Positions 25,649 to 38,690 of a DNA stretch of 64,000 nt are shown here, piece after piece. Below the pieces are notes generated by a model. That model saw only the letters and a program-made list of their open reading frames with translations. It was not told the DNA's origin and did no database searches. The stretch lies in the NCBI RefSeq assembly GCF_006345805.1, contig NC_043005.1, positions 24,428,001 to 24,492,000 on the forward strand, written 5' to 3'. This DNA comes from Octopus sinensis. Its lineage: Eukaryota. Within the stretch, counting starts at the first letter, position 1, and each line of letters begins with the position of its first letter. A program made the position numbers and the translations under genes.

Positions 25649-25707
25649 CTTAACTGAAGACGAACGAACACTTATGGTGTTGATTCCGAAATTGATTCAA
25701 TATTAAG
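25649..25707 (+). ncRNA. Type I hammerhead ribozyme (intact core, AUA cleavage triplet)
   Basis: CTTAA [stem I] CTGAAGA [core] CGAACGAACAC-TTATG-GTGTTGATTCC [stem II with internal loop] GAA ATTG-ATT-CAAT [stem III] A | TTAAG [stem I]. Confidence 0.72.
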
Positions 25708-26527
25708 ATAACGAAATTTAAATGTTCCAAAGTTAGAGTTGCCCGCATTTCAGTTCAACTTTCTGTAGCAAATAGATTAAACTTTCTTTAGCCCTTGCTT
25801 ATAAGATATATATATATAGTAGAAATATGTTACGAAAAGAAAATATAAAAGACACGTGGAAATGTAAGGGTAAAATATGAAAAATCAACGAAAATGCATA
25901 TTGCAAATAGAAAAAGGCTATTTATGACAGGTAACGACAAATATATACATTTAGATTGACTGAGGTAGTAATACGAGTCATAAAAGTTATTATTATGAGA
26001 TGATTATAAGATGATGATAAAGAACAAAACGAACCAATGATTTACGCAAAGTATTCATCGTTTGAACAACACCGGTTAATATATATATATATTATATATA
26101 TATTATATATATATATATATATATAATCGTGTTTCTCACAAACGTAATGACGCTGCTGGACATGGCTACGCGATCGAACGAATTAACTGAAATATTGGAC
26201 TGACAGGATTTGTTTCGGAGGAAATCCCACCTAACAAATTATGGCCCTTCAGAGAGGATTGCGTGTCAATTTTCCGCCACATAAACTGCTATCAGCATGC
26301 TAAACTATTAAAGGATCTTATAAAGTATTTAAAGACTTTACCTTAAGAATTACAATAACCAGTAATATCAATGTAGTTAATTTTTAGACACTTTCTTAAA
26401 ATTAAACCTAGATTAAAATTCCCTCAGAGAAAAACAAATGAATACTCGGTAAACTTAGAAAAGTGCTACAATCGCCGTCACGTAGTTTTCATGAACATTC
26501 GTCGTCGATTTCTAAAATTTCAACAGA

Positions 26528-26914
26528 TTCTTTTATTTGTTTCAGTCATTTGACTGCGGATGCTGGAGTCGTGCATTTAGTCGAACAAAGCGATCCCAGG
26601 ACTTATTCTTTGTAAGGCTAGTACTTATTCTATCGGTGCTCTTTTGCCGAACCGCTAACTTAGGAAGGCGTAAAAATACCAACATCGGTTGTCAAGCGAT
26701 GGTGAGGCGACAAACATAGACACACAAATATGTGTGTGTACGTGTGTGTGCCTTTATATACGACGGGCTTCTTTCAGTTTCTGCTTACCAAATCGATTCA
26801 CAAGGCTTTGGTCGACCCGAGGCTATTATAGAATTCACTTGCCCAAGACACCACGCAGTGGGGCTTAACCTGGAGCCATGTGGTTTGGAAGCAAGCTTCT
26901 TAACACTTAACCAC
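26528..26914 (-). mobile_element. SINE family 1, full length
   Basis: Reverse complement of tail, core and head. Confidence 0.88.
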
Positions 26915-26915
26915 A

Positions 26916-26960
<45 letters not shown>

Positions 26961-27269
26961 ACACACTACTTACCACGAAAGCAATTTTTTATGTGCTCTC
27001 CCTACTACAAGGATTCTTTAAATTAGATTGATTATTTTGTCAAGAACTGAATTTTTCATATATCTTTGTGCCTAAAAAAAAGTCATGAAAGGTTGTGGCA
27101 GCATAAATATACCTAGCTTGATCCTCTGTAAAATGTGGGTTTTGCTTCAAATATTGCAAAAGGTTTTAAACTTCTAACAGAGCTATTTTGCATTTGGTCA
27201 CAGGAACCACAAAATCAATAACACGAACTCTTTGAAAGCTGACTACAGCAGTACTAAGATGATCGAGAA

Positions 27270-27435
27270 TTTGTGTGGTCAGCAGGTGTGCGGTCAATAG
27301 CTTGCTTCCCAACCACATGTTTTCAAGTTCAGTCCCACTGCGCGGCACCTTGGGCAGATGTCTTCTCCTATAGTCGAGGGCCGACCAAAGTCTTGTGAAT
27401 GGATTTATGTAGGTAGAAACTGAAAGAAGCCCGTC

Positions 27436-27500
<65 letters not shown>

Positions 27501-27700
27501 GTTTGAGTGTCTGTGTTTGTTCCCTCCACCGCTTGACAACCGATGTTGGTGTGTTTATGTCTCCGTAACTTGTTCGGCATAAGTGACCGATAGAATAAGT
27601 ACTAGGCTTACAAAGAATAAGTCCTGGGGTCGATTTGTTCGACTAAAGGCGATGCTCCAGCATGGCCGCAATCTAATGACTGAAACCAATAAAAGAATAA
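27270..27700 (+). mobile_element. SINE family 1, full length
   Basis: Diverged head, (TA)n centre, right half and tail. Confidence 0.88.
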
Positions 27701-27939
27701 CAGAAGAAATTATTAAGGACGCACCTGTCCGTAATATAGTAAAGTACAACGTGGTTGGTCCAGCGTTAGCTCGTGCCTAGTTTATATTTTCCTTAGACAG
27801 AAACATAATTGGATTTTCCTGATAACTATAATTCCAGTTTAGAGAAATTTAAGAGCATGCTCGCTATAATTTTGATGTCAGTACATTTGTTGGAAACATA
27901 GTTTAATGATTAATACGATATTAATGACGCACAACAGTG

Positions 27940-28310
27940 GATGCTGGAAGACACTATGTCTGGCAACAGGACTCTGCACCATGCCATACAAGCAGGAGAA
28001 CCTAGTCATGGCTGTCAGATAATTTCTGCGACCACATCACTCCTAACATTTCGCCACCTAACTCCCCAGACTGCAACCCCTTGGTGCTTATGTGAGGGGC
28101 GCAGTTGAACGAGAGACCAACAAAACTCCTTGCAACACCAAAGACGAGGTGAAGACAAGAATTATGGCAACATTCACCATCTTAAACAAGGAGACCGTCC
28201 AGAAGAGTTGCGAAGGATTCCTAAGTCGTCTGGAGGCCGTGGTTGAAACCAATTGCGATTTTATTGAATAAATTTACTCTTTTGTACTTCAAGATAATTT
28301 TGGTAACATT
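27940..28310 (+). mobile_element. maT/DD37D-like Tc1/mariner transposase 3' fragment (same family as 14775-15960)
   Basis: WQQDSAPCHT...PPNSPDCNP...AVERETNKTPCNTKDE. Confidence 0.85.
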
Positions 28311-28450
28311 GGCTGTGTGGTAAGAAGCTTGCTTCCCAACAACATGGTTCCGGGTTCAGTTCTATTGCGTGGCACCTAGGGCAAATGTCTGAATCCGGTA
28401 CCATATGGTTGATAAGCAAGCTACTTACCACATAGCCATTCCTACGCCTC
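28305..28450. mobile_element. Two SINE family 1 head fragments in inverted orientation
   Basis: TGGCTGTGTGGTAAGAAGC... followed by ...GCTACTTACCACATAGCCATTCCTACGCCT. Confidence 0.7.
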
Positions 28451-28667
28451 CCATTTATCATGTTTCCATTAATAACAGTGATACCAGTAACCAGTTGTTA
28501 GCACTCATTATATTTATACTGCAAAGAAAACCATAGTAAAAGCATACTATTAATCAATTAATTAATTAACTAATGATAAAAGAATAGAAATTGCGTAGTC
28601 ACATTCATTAGGCTTATGCAGTACGACACCTTTTATTTTCCTTAGACCCATTTGAATAAAGTGTGTG

Positions 28668-28701
<34 letters not shown>

Positions 28702-29163
28702 CGTGTGTGTGTGTGTGCGTGCGTGTGTATGTGTGTGTGTTTGTGTGTGTATGTGTGTATATGTATATATATGCTTGTGTGTGTGTATGTGTGTGTGTAA
28801 TAAATAATTTCATACTCAACAAATCAATACGGAGGATATTAGGTTACATGCAGTAACACACATACATAGTAGAGCATACGCGCATGTGCGTGTGGATGCG
28901 TTGTGTGTCTGTATTGTTCGTTGCAATGTGGCAACATCTAGGAACGAATGGGTTTTATTTAAGTATAAATGCTTGCGAATGTTTAATTGTCTTGCTTACT
29001 CACAAGCACACACATCCCAAAAAATAGACATAAATAATATGTGCATACATACATGTGTGTTTATCATATATATGTGTGTTTCTGTGTGTGTGTTTCTGTG
29101 TGTGTGTGAGAGTATATGAACGGATGTACATATGTGTGTATGTATATGTGTATGTATGTATAC

Positions 29164-29212
<49 letters not shown>

Positions 29213-29310
29213 CATACATATATATAATTAATCAATATAGGGTGGCAAGGAAAATTTTGTAGAATTTTATTGCCACCAGCGGCCCATATATATATATATA
29301 TATATATAAT

Positions 29311-29370
<60 letters not shown>

Positions 29371-29525
29371 TGTATATGTATATGCGTTGAAATAGAAGCT
29401 CATGCGCACATATACACACAAATTCCCCTAATACATATATGCACACGTCACACATACACATACACATACACATTGTGTGTATGTTGTGCACATGCCTACG
29501 CACTCCCTACATATGTGTGAAATAT

Positions 29526-29526
<1 letters not shown>

Positions 29527-29592
<66 letters not shown>

Positions 29593-29593
29593 T

Positions 29594-29641
<48 letters not shown>

Positions 29642-29666
29642 TTAGTTAGTTAGTTAGATAGTTAGT

Positions 29667-29716
<50 letters not shown>

Positions 29717-29760
29717 TAGATAGATAGATAGATAGATAGATGGATGGATGGATGGATGGA
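29527..29760. repeat. (TAGA)n/(TGGA)n microsatellite
   Basis: Directly visible. Confidence 0.95.
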
Positions 29761-32344
29761 TTGAGGGAAGCGTGCATGCATGTATGGATGGGTGGGTGGA
29801 TAGATGGAAAAAGAGAGTGGTGTATAGATGTGTTGCAAAAAAAGGTTGTTAGGAAATCATTAAATTTTCTGAAATGACGTTATTCCTTCAAACAAAAATT
29901 TGTTCTGTCGATCTTCAAATTGTTTCATCAACATTCTCCTTTTTACATAAATTTTTGACAGTTATAGATTTGTTTTTTGTCTTGTGTTAGGTGTTGTTAT
30001 GCTATTCCAAACATCATCCTTTGCTTCATCTCTCGGGTTTCTTTGCATTTTGTGTATTTTTCGCGCGAAGCATGGAGAGGGGGATTGTTTGTATCTTTCT
30101 AATTTTGTTTCCTTCAATGCTATTTTTCTTAACTTTTTTCTCTCTCGCTGTTTTTTTTATCCTCAAATTTGATACGTATTCGTCATCATTTATCATTCAA
30201 TATCACACACACGGCAAATAAGTTAAAAACTAAATTAAAATCTAATAAAATACATAATAAGAAAATGAAACAAAATAACATAAACGAGAAATGAAAATGT
30301 TAGAAGCGTTGGTTTTTCATTGTAATGTATCGGGAGAATAGACCGATATTTCTATGGCGTTAATTCACATTACTATTGGTTGATTAAGACAGTTGACACT
30401 TCGTTGAATTGCATTGACTTCTTAATATCGTATCCTGACATTTCAAAAGTATAGTCTGTTCCTTCATCCTTCTACATATTTCTATTGGGGGAATCTGTCT
30501 AAATCCCCGTCAGATGTGTCAATGCATGGTCCTCCTGCTTTGTTTTCTTTTTAACCGCAGATCAGCACTTATTGAGCACACACACACACACACACATACT
30601 CACACACCCACCCACACACATTCATTCTTTGTCCCTTTTTTTTATAACTGGAGGATGTAGTCGGAGAGAATTTGGCTGTAATTTAAAGCAGGTGAAGCGG
30701 CCAGGGGAAAGCACCCTGGGGCTTGTTATGGTTTGAGTTATTTAATTACGGTTACGATGGTGGCACGGCAGAATCGTATATTTCGGCCCTTTATGTACTG
30801 AGTTCAAATTTTACCAAGATGAAGTTTTCCTTTCATTTCTCCAGAGTCGAAAAATGAGAAACCAGTCAAGAACCCAAGTAAATTTAATCGACTCACCCCT
30901 TCTTAAGATTTCAGGCCTAGTGCCTGCGTTACAGACAGTTTTTTATGACTTTGACTCTTACATTCTCATTTCAAATTCAACTTGGGTTAATCTTGTCATT
31001 CATCTCTCTGAAGAAAAAAATAAAGTACCAGATAAGGTACTTTTGGGGGATTAATATAATCGATTATTAAGTTTACATTAAAATGTGTGGCTCATGTCAA
31101 TATTAGAAATAAATACCTTATTCCAACGTTTCAAATGCAAATAACATTATATTAACAGAAACTGCCTAATCCCAAGCTTTGTACCACTAAATAGTTCCAA
31201 ATCTTCGAACTGTGTGCCACCAGATGGTGCCATAATCTCCTGTTTGTCCTTCCCATGTTGGAACGAAGTATTACAAATTGTTGTTGTTGTTTTTGTTGTC
31301 GTTGTTGTTGCAACTCCTGAACCATAAACCTTCGCCGACATTCGCAAGCGAGGATGGCTTTGTAGCCTGTACCATGCTATCGCTATTTGCTTTAAGGAGT
31401 CTTTGTGGTTTCGAGCAGATATAGACACACGTGCAGCCCTTCAACACTTGAATCAGCAGAGAATAAATAACGTGACTGTAGACGACAAAGAGAGAGAGAA
31501 AGAGAGAGAGGGAGAAGGGAGAGAGAAAGAGTTATACTAGTACTCGGCTGGTGCTCATTTATGGATGTATAAATATAATATAATGTCTTTTGCTCAAGGA
31601 CACATGCTGGTGTCTTGACCAGGAATCGAAACTACAAATTAATAATTGTAAGCCTGACACTCTAACCACTACGTCGATGCTATTACTGGCATAGTGATTG
31701 TTTGGCTCCAGATCAGCTCTGGTCGAGCAGCCATATTGCAAAAGGCGCTCCGGCTGTAACCATCTCCCCTTCCTTATGGCTCTCTATGACTACACTGTCC
31801 AATGAGTCCTTTTCTTTTTAAGAGACTAGATGTGATTTGAGGGAGACTTGATTCTCAAGCAGCTCGGTGAACACCACCAGCTTTACCCCGTTCTAATTGC
31901 TGTTATTTTCATTGTAGATATAGTTCAGTAAACTTGGCCAGTTTATAAGCTTTATATATAACACAAAGCTCTCGCGTTTATGAGGCAGCTGTTCTTACAA
32001 GTAAGCAGATATGCCGTGCATCTGTCCGCTCTTGGCTGAACAAGTCAGCAGAATGGTTAAAATGTGGGTCAAAATACTTGCTCCGGGTCTTTATACTTTG
32101 AGTTGAAATCCCGCTGTGATCAACTTTACGTTTTATCCTTCGATAAAAGGAAGTACTAGTCGAGTATCACCGGTGTATTGATAACAGAGTGGTGATATGA
32201 CAACATACAATCGGTGAGCATGGCACAGTGGAGCCAAATGTCACAACCAACTGTCATGTTTTGATGACAGGTCGGGAGACACAGTGATCATGTCAATATT
32301 ATCAATCTGTAACCGCTTATATCACTGCCAGCACAACACTGATA

Positions 32345-32550
32345 TGCATGCACACACGACACACACATACGCACACGCACGCACACACACATGCACGTAC
32401 GCACACACACACACAAGCACGCACACGCCCACACACGCGCACACACACACATACACACGCATGCACACACACACACACGCACGCACACACGCACACACAC
32501 ACGCACACACATACCCACGCACACACGCACATACACACACGCATGCATAC
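32345..32550. repeat. (CA)n/(CACG)n degenerate array
   Basis: Directly visible. Confidence 0.9.
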
Positions 32551-33251
32551 GCATTCTATTATTCACTCTCTCAGCTTATCTATTTCTTTTCCAAAGACAG
32601 TAAAGTGCAATTTGACTGAGATTTGGTTGCTTCTTCAAACATATTTAAAAACCCAATTCAGTCACCCTCTCTGTTATATGAGATATCAAGCAATTTGTGG
32701 TAATAAATAGTTATATTTATAAAAAAAAGCAAAATAACCACATTACTTAATGCAACTATATCCTCTAAATACTTCTAGACGTCATTGCATACATATGTAC
32801 TTTCTTTTACAATCGCTTAGTGATTTCTTCATTACTATTTTACTAATAAGAGCAAAATCTGTGCTTCGCTGATGACAACATAATGAGGTTTCAACCTCAT
32901 TATGTTCTCATTGTATGTACATGTTGATAATTGTCTCGTACCTGATAAAATAATTGTCGATTACAAATATTGTCTTATTTCTGTTGCCTCAGTGTTTATT
33001 TATAAGATAGCATTTTGAAGGTTGTTTGTATTAAATATTTTTATACTAATTTAAATATATAGAACTGGATCTGGAAGCCACTGTTAGTTGTCAGCAATCT
33101 AAAGAAAATAAACTGAACGGATTATTAACCAACTTCACCGCGTGTTCTTTCTGAAGATACACCTTCGCTAGCTCTGTCTACTTCCCTCTACTGAGATAGA
33201 TAGATAGATAGACAGATTGACAGACAAACAGTTGGATAAATAAATAGATAT

Positions 33252-34989
33252 GTTTCTTTATTAGCCACACAGGGCTGCACACAGATAGAACAAATTACAA
33301 GGTAGAGCTTTTCTTTTGAAGGTTTAAAAAAAAAAAAAAATAAAAAAAATAAAAAATAAAAAATAAAAAAAAAAAAAAAAAAATAAGAAAAAAATAAAAT
33401 AAATAAAATAAAATAAAAGGGGGGGTCGATCAAAAGGAGGGATCGTAAAGGAGAGAAGAGGACAAAAAAAAAAAAAAAGGGGGTTAAAAAAAAAGGGGAA
33501 GGAAAAAAAATTGATCAATAGGGATCGTTATCACAGAAATGTCATATGAAGTGTAAAGGGGGGGACAGGAGGTTTACCCGTGGAAAGAAAAGCCTACGGA
33601 AAGACCACGGTAACCTCGTCAATGAAGTCACATGTTATATTTCTTTTTTTTTTTTTTTTTTTTGCAAATAAGCAACCTCTCTGTATTAATTTTACGGTTC
33701 ATAGAACCATAGTCAAGGTGGCTTCGTCATTCATACGTGCCATTCTTGCTACATTCACCCATCTTTTTTAAAACATTCACTAGACAAAACTTGCCCTCCT
33801 ACTCTCACTTTTTTCTTCAAGTGATACTTGAAGAAGTTGATGAGAGATTGACCAGAGAGGAAAGTGTTTGTCTCTAATCCTTTCAGACGCGTCCACCAGA
33901 TACATTCTTTCGCCATAGCCACAAGTATGATAAAAACTCTTCCTTCCCGTTGAAGGAAGGAGGCGTGACGATATTAACGATAGACTCGGCTGATAAACCG
34001 ACACGTCCCACACGTGACAGCAGTCGTTCGACATAAGCCCACAGTGGGAAATTGCTGGACAACTGCACGATTGCGTGCAGAGCGGTTTCGTCGCTCTGCC
34101 CGCATCTCGGCAGGTCGGCCCCGTGTTTCTCGAGCCATGCCTATAGAGCTTATCCCGAACGGGTAGCGCTTCTCGGTAGCACCGCCAGGCCAGGGATCTC
34201 TGGAAGTTGTCCATAGGTCCCGGCCGAAAGTCGTTTGAAACAGGCGGGTCAGGTATTCCTCGTCGACGCCCAGGTTTGCCCCGAGCTCGTCGTCGTACCT
34301 CCCCTCCACTAATCCCCTATAGAATGCTTTGGTTGTGTTGAAGTCACTCAAGGTCGACCCGGGACGGCAGAGTTGCTTGAGAGCAACGCGACACTCGCGG
34401 TGCCATTCGCCTTCTTCGGCCTCTTTTTGATCCACGACTGTAGTTCGGTCATGGAGACGAGTTGCGGGAATGCGTGCCTCACAAACGGCGACCACACCTG
34501 TTCACCGTCGTCTACATAGAGCCGGAGATGTCGCAGTCTCAGCGCGTGTCTGCGCATCATCAACCACGGCATGCCCAGCCCTCCTTTTAACGGGTGTTGA
34601 CAGCAAATGGATCGCCTGACCATCGGGACGCATCCTTTCCACAAGAAGCGGAAAGAGGATGCGTTCTAGTTTGGTGATGGTAGGGTCGGACAAGGTACGA
34701 CGGTCAGGCGGTAGTAGATGATGGACGCGATGTACGCGTTCACCACCTCCGCCCGACCTTTTAGGGACAGTTTCCTCTCGGCCCATTGCTGGGCGAGAGT
34801 GACCACCCTACTCGTTATCTCGTTCCAGTTCTTCTCCATTTGGAGGTCCGGACCGAACCAGACCCCGAGCAACTCAACCGGGCCGTCTGTCCAGCGTCCC
34901 ACGACGGAGGTACTGGTGGACGGCATGGGTTTGCTTCTCCAGGTGCCGAGCCGCAAGCCCACTGACTTTTCCCGGTTGATTTTTGCTCC

Positions 34990-34991
<2 letters not shown>
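33252..34991 (-). mobile_element. L1/Tx1-clade LINE, 5'-truncated and frameshifted, inserted in (GATA)n
   Basis: GAKINREKS...LLGVWFG...KLSLKGRAEVVN...WKG...HPLKGGLGMP...AWRCYREALPVRDKL with a CCHC-like end; T/C-rich 3' UTR ending AATAAAGAAA; GATA repeats on both flanks. Confidence 0.9.
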
Positions 34992-35064
<73 letters not shown>

Positions 35065-35619
35065 ATGGACAGAGGGATAGAGAAACATACAAATGACACT
35101 ATACAGCTGACAAATATTTCATTGGTTAATAGCACCGAACAGAATATAAGGTTATATAACTAAATAAAGTATGCTTAATACAAGTGGTCTTAATAATACT
35201 ATAGATATAAAATTTCCAACGAATTTTGCACTACCAAGCCATTAGGTTAAAAGATTTATGATTTATCACCTAGAACATACATATGAAATTCAATAGAAAA
35301 TTTTAACTGAATTCTCGGTTAGAAATAGCTTCTAAATTAAACTGAAGTAGGTGTGCCTAACAAAACAAAACAGCAGCATGCAACGTAAAGAAAATTACTT
35401 ATACAAGCAGCGTGATTTTTCAGGTTTACTCCTGACACGCAGTGTTCGCTAATTCACATTTGAAACATTTCCTTTTACAGTGGCCGTATTTTGTTCAATT
35501 TTTGTATGGTTATTACATGACAAAATAAAGATCGTATGTCGTGTCTTCAGAAAATTGCATCTCGAAAACCCAACATTTCGAATTATGATAGAAAGTTGTC
35601 AAAGAAATATTGTCTTCAT

Positions 35620-35653
35620 CGTTGAAGTAATAATACTAATAATGATAATAATG

Positions 35654-35700
<47 letters not shown>

Positions 35701-35706
35701 GATAAA

Positions 35707-35761
<55 letters not shown>

Positions 35762-35979
35762 GACGAGGATGATGATGACGACGACAACGACGATGATGAT
35801 TTAGGTACAAGACTTGCAGGTTTGGCAGGAAGAAGCTAGTTGATACCCTCGACCGCAGTTCTTAATTGATACTTAATTCTATCGAGCTCGTTGAGATTTG
35901 AAGGTAGAACGTAAAGAGCTCGGAAAACTATCAAAAGTTAAACGGCTCTGCAAATTCCCCACCGTAATAATAATAATAA

Positions 35980-36023
<44 letters not shown>

Positions 36024-36034
36024 TGATGATGATG

Positions 36035-36077
<43 letters not shown>

Positions 36078-36337
36078 CAACAACAATAATAATAACAACA
36101 ATAATAATAATGACAAAAACAGTAATAATAATTATAATTGTAATAATCATAATGACAAAAACAACAACAAAAATAATAATAATAATAATATTCATAATAA
36201 TAATAACAATAATAATAATAACAACAACAATAATAATAATAATAATAACAATAATAATAACAAAAACAGTAATAATAATTATAATTGTAATAATCATAAC
36301 AACAATAACAACAACAACAATAATAATAATAATAATG

Positions 36338-36405
<68 letters not shown>
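35620..36405. repeat. (TAA)n/(TGA)n/(CAA)n compound arrays
   Basis: Directly visible; a degenerate block is duplicated internally (~36105-36180 versus ~36255-36330). Confidence 0.95.
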
Positions 36406-36898
36406 GACATTATATTGAAAGACTTCATAAAAAAATCATGCCTCCTCATTGATATGACTGTCCCAATCGATATAAATATACCTGTCAAGACCTACCAAAA
36501 ACTAAACAAGTATAAAGATCGTGAAATAGAAATTGGCAAAATGTGGAATCTGAAGACTAAAACAATACCTGTTCTCATAGGTGCCCTAGGAATGATAGCA
36601 AAAGGGGTTGATTGTTGCCTAGCTCAGATACCAGGAAAACTCAGAATGGCAGAAATTCAAAAGTTAGTGTTCACGAGAACTGTCCATATCCTACGTAAAA
36701 TACTATCTGTGTAATCTCAAATTAATAACAAATTCATAATTTTTTTGTTTTCTTAAACATTTTCTAGAGCAATACTATGTCCAAAACCAAATATATGGCA
36801 CTCTAAACATAACACCAACGTGAACTTCTAAGTGCATTGAGATTTCTGGGTGAGACTTGGAGACAACTTGTACAAATACTAAGCAAGTCAAACATAGA

Positions 36899-36900
<2 letters not shown>
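36406..36900 (+). mobile_element. R4/Dong-type restriction-like endonuclease (RLE) non-LTR element, 3' end (family A)
   Basis: DIILKD...CLLIDMTVP...KYKD.EIEI.KMW...IGALG...HILRKILS* plus 3' UTR; (TAA)n on both sides. Confidence 0.85.
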
Positions 36901-36994
<94 letters not shown>

Positions 36995-36996
<2 letters not shown>

Positions 36997-37524
36997 CTGA
37001 CAGAAAGATAGATGCAAATAGGCCAGACATCATATTGAAAGACTTCAAACAAAGAACATGCCTCCTCATTGATATGACTGTCCCAATCGATATAAACGTA
37101 TCTGTCAAGACCTACCAAAAACTGAGCAAATATAAAGATCTTGAAATAGAAATCAGCAAAATGTGGAACCTGAAGACTAAAACAATACCTGTTGTCATAG
37201 GTGCCCTCGGAATGATAGCGAAAGGGGCTGATCGCTACCTAACTCAGATACCAGGAAACCCCAAAATGGCAGAAATTCAAAAGATAGTGCTCATGGGAAC
37301 TGCTCATATCCTACGCAAAATACTTTCTATGTAATCTCAAGTTTTAAAACAAACATAATTTTTGTTTTTTTTTTAAACATTCACTAGTACAACACTAAAT
37401 ACAAAACCAAATATATGGCACACTAGGCATAACAATATCACGAACTTCCAACCTGTTGTCTCTTGAGGTCTCTGGGTGAGACTTGGACGCAACTTGTACA
37501 AATATAAAGCAAAAGTCAAACATA

Positions 37525-37525
<1 letters not shown>
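36995..37525 (+). mobile_element. R4/Dong-type RLE element, 3' end (family A)
   Basis: DANRPDIILKD...(PD..D endonuclease motif)...AHILRKILSM*; (TAA)n flanks. Confidence 0.88.
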
Positions 37526-37581
<56 letters not shown>

Positions 37582-37598
37582 TGATGATGATGATGATG

Positions 37599-37629
<31 letters not shown>

Positions 37630-37667
37630 TGATGATGATGATGATGATGATAATAATAATAATAATA

Positions 37668-37716
<49 letters not shown>

Positions 37717-37732
37717 TAATAATAATAATAAT

Positions 37733-38690
37733 AAAAAAACAGAAAAAAGAAGACGACAGAAATATGGAAAGAAAAAGAGAAAAAGAATATTTAATCAAAC
37801 AGTTTTGTATATTGTTATATTTCGGAATGGTCATTTTGCCAGTTTAGCCAATAAAAACACACGCACTATATATTTGGTGTTATTTTGCTTCAGTGTTATT
37901 TATTTTTTACATTAATCTTAATCTTATTTCAGCTAAACTGGCAAAATGAATATATAGTGCGTGTGTTTTTATTTTATTGGCTAAACTGGCAAAATGAAGA
38001 CTACTGATGCGGTCACAGGAGTGTGAAGAAAGAACTCTGGCCGAAATAAGATTAAGATTAATGTAAAAAATAAATAACACTGAAGCAAAATAACACCAAA
38101 TATATAGTGCGTGTGTTTTTATTGGCTAAACTGGCAATATGATCATTCCGAAATATAACAATATCTGTTTCAACACACGACTTCACATAAAAAATCTTGC
38201 ACAACAAATATTTAAACGTACTAAGTTTTGTATATATTTGATGATATTCTCTTGTCATCTTATTCATTCCTCCAGGGCGTGATGTTAATCTCAAATTTAT
38301 AACAAACTAATAATTTTTTTATGATTTCTTAAACACTTTCTAGAACAATACTATGTCCAAAACTAAATATATAGCACCCTAAGCATAACACCAACATGAA
38401 CGTCTCTTGAGGTTTCCTTAGCAGTCCCAGTTGTTCTTTATAGCTTCAATGTGCTTAACTGGAATACCAGTGAAATAATGAAGATAATTTTTCTTCGACA
38501 ACTTTCTATCATAATTCGAAATGATGGGTTTTCGAGATGCAATTTTCTAAAGACACGACATACGCCCTGGAGGAATGAATAAGATAACAGGAGAATATCA
38601 TCAAATTTATACAAAATTGTTTGATTAAATATTTCTTCTTTCTCTCTTTTTCTTTCCTTTTTTTCTGTCGTCTTCTTTTTTCTGTTTTTT
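37733..38690. other. Fold-back element plus templated patchwork of neighbouring sequences
   Basis: Hairpin 37806-37935 / 38042-38168; downstream segments match 39505-39575, 35533-35612 (inverted), 38226-38280 (inverted) and 37733-37812 (inverted). Confidence 0.75.

Larger units (their letters stand above)
25398..25809. repeat. Long palindrome (arms ~170-200 bp, ~40 bp spacer) of a second hammerhead-bearing element
   Basis: Arms nearly identical except a ~30 bp deletion between GTTT microhomologies in the right arm; ends in (TA)n. Confidence 0.9.

Noticed and set aside
35480-37850. Poly-I, poly-L, poly-N and poly-Y ORFs
   Set aside because: (TAA)n arrays; only the embedded RLE fragments are real coding relics.
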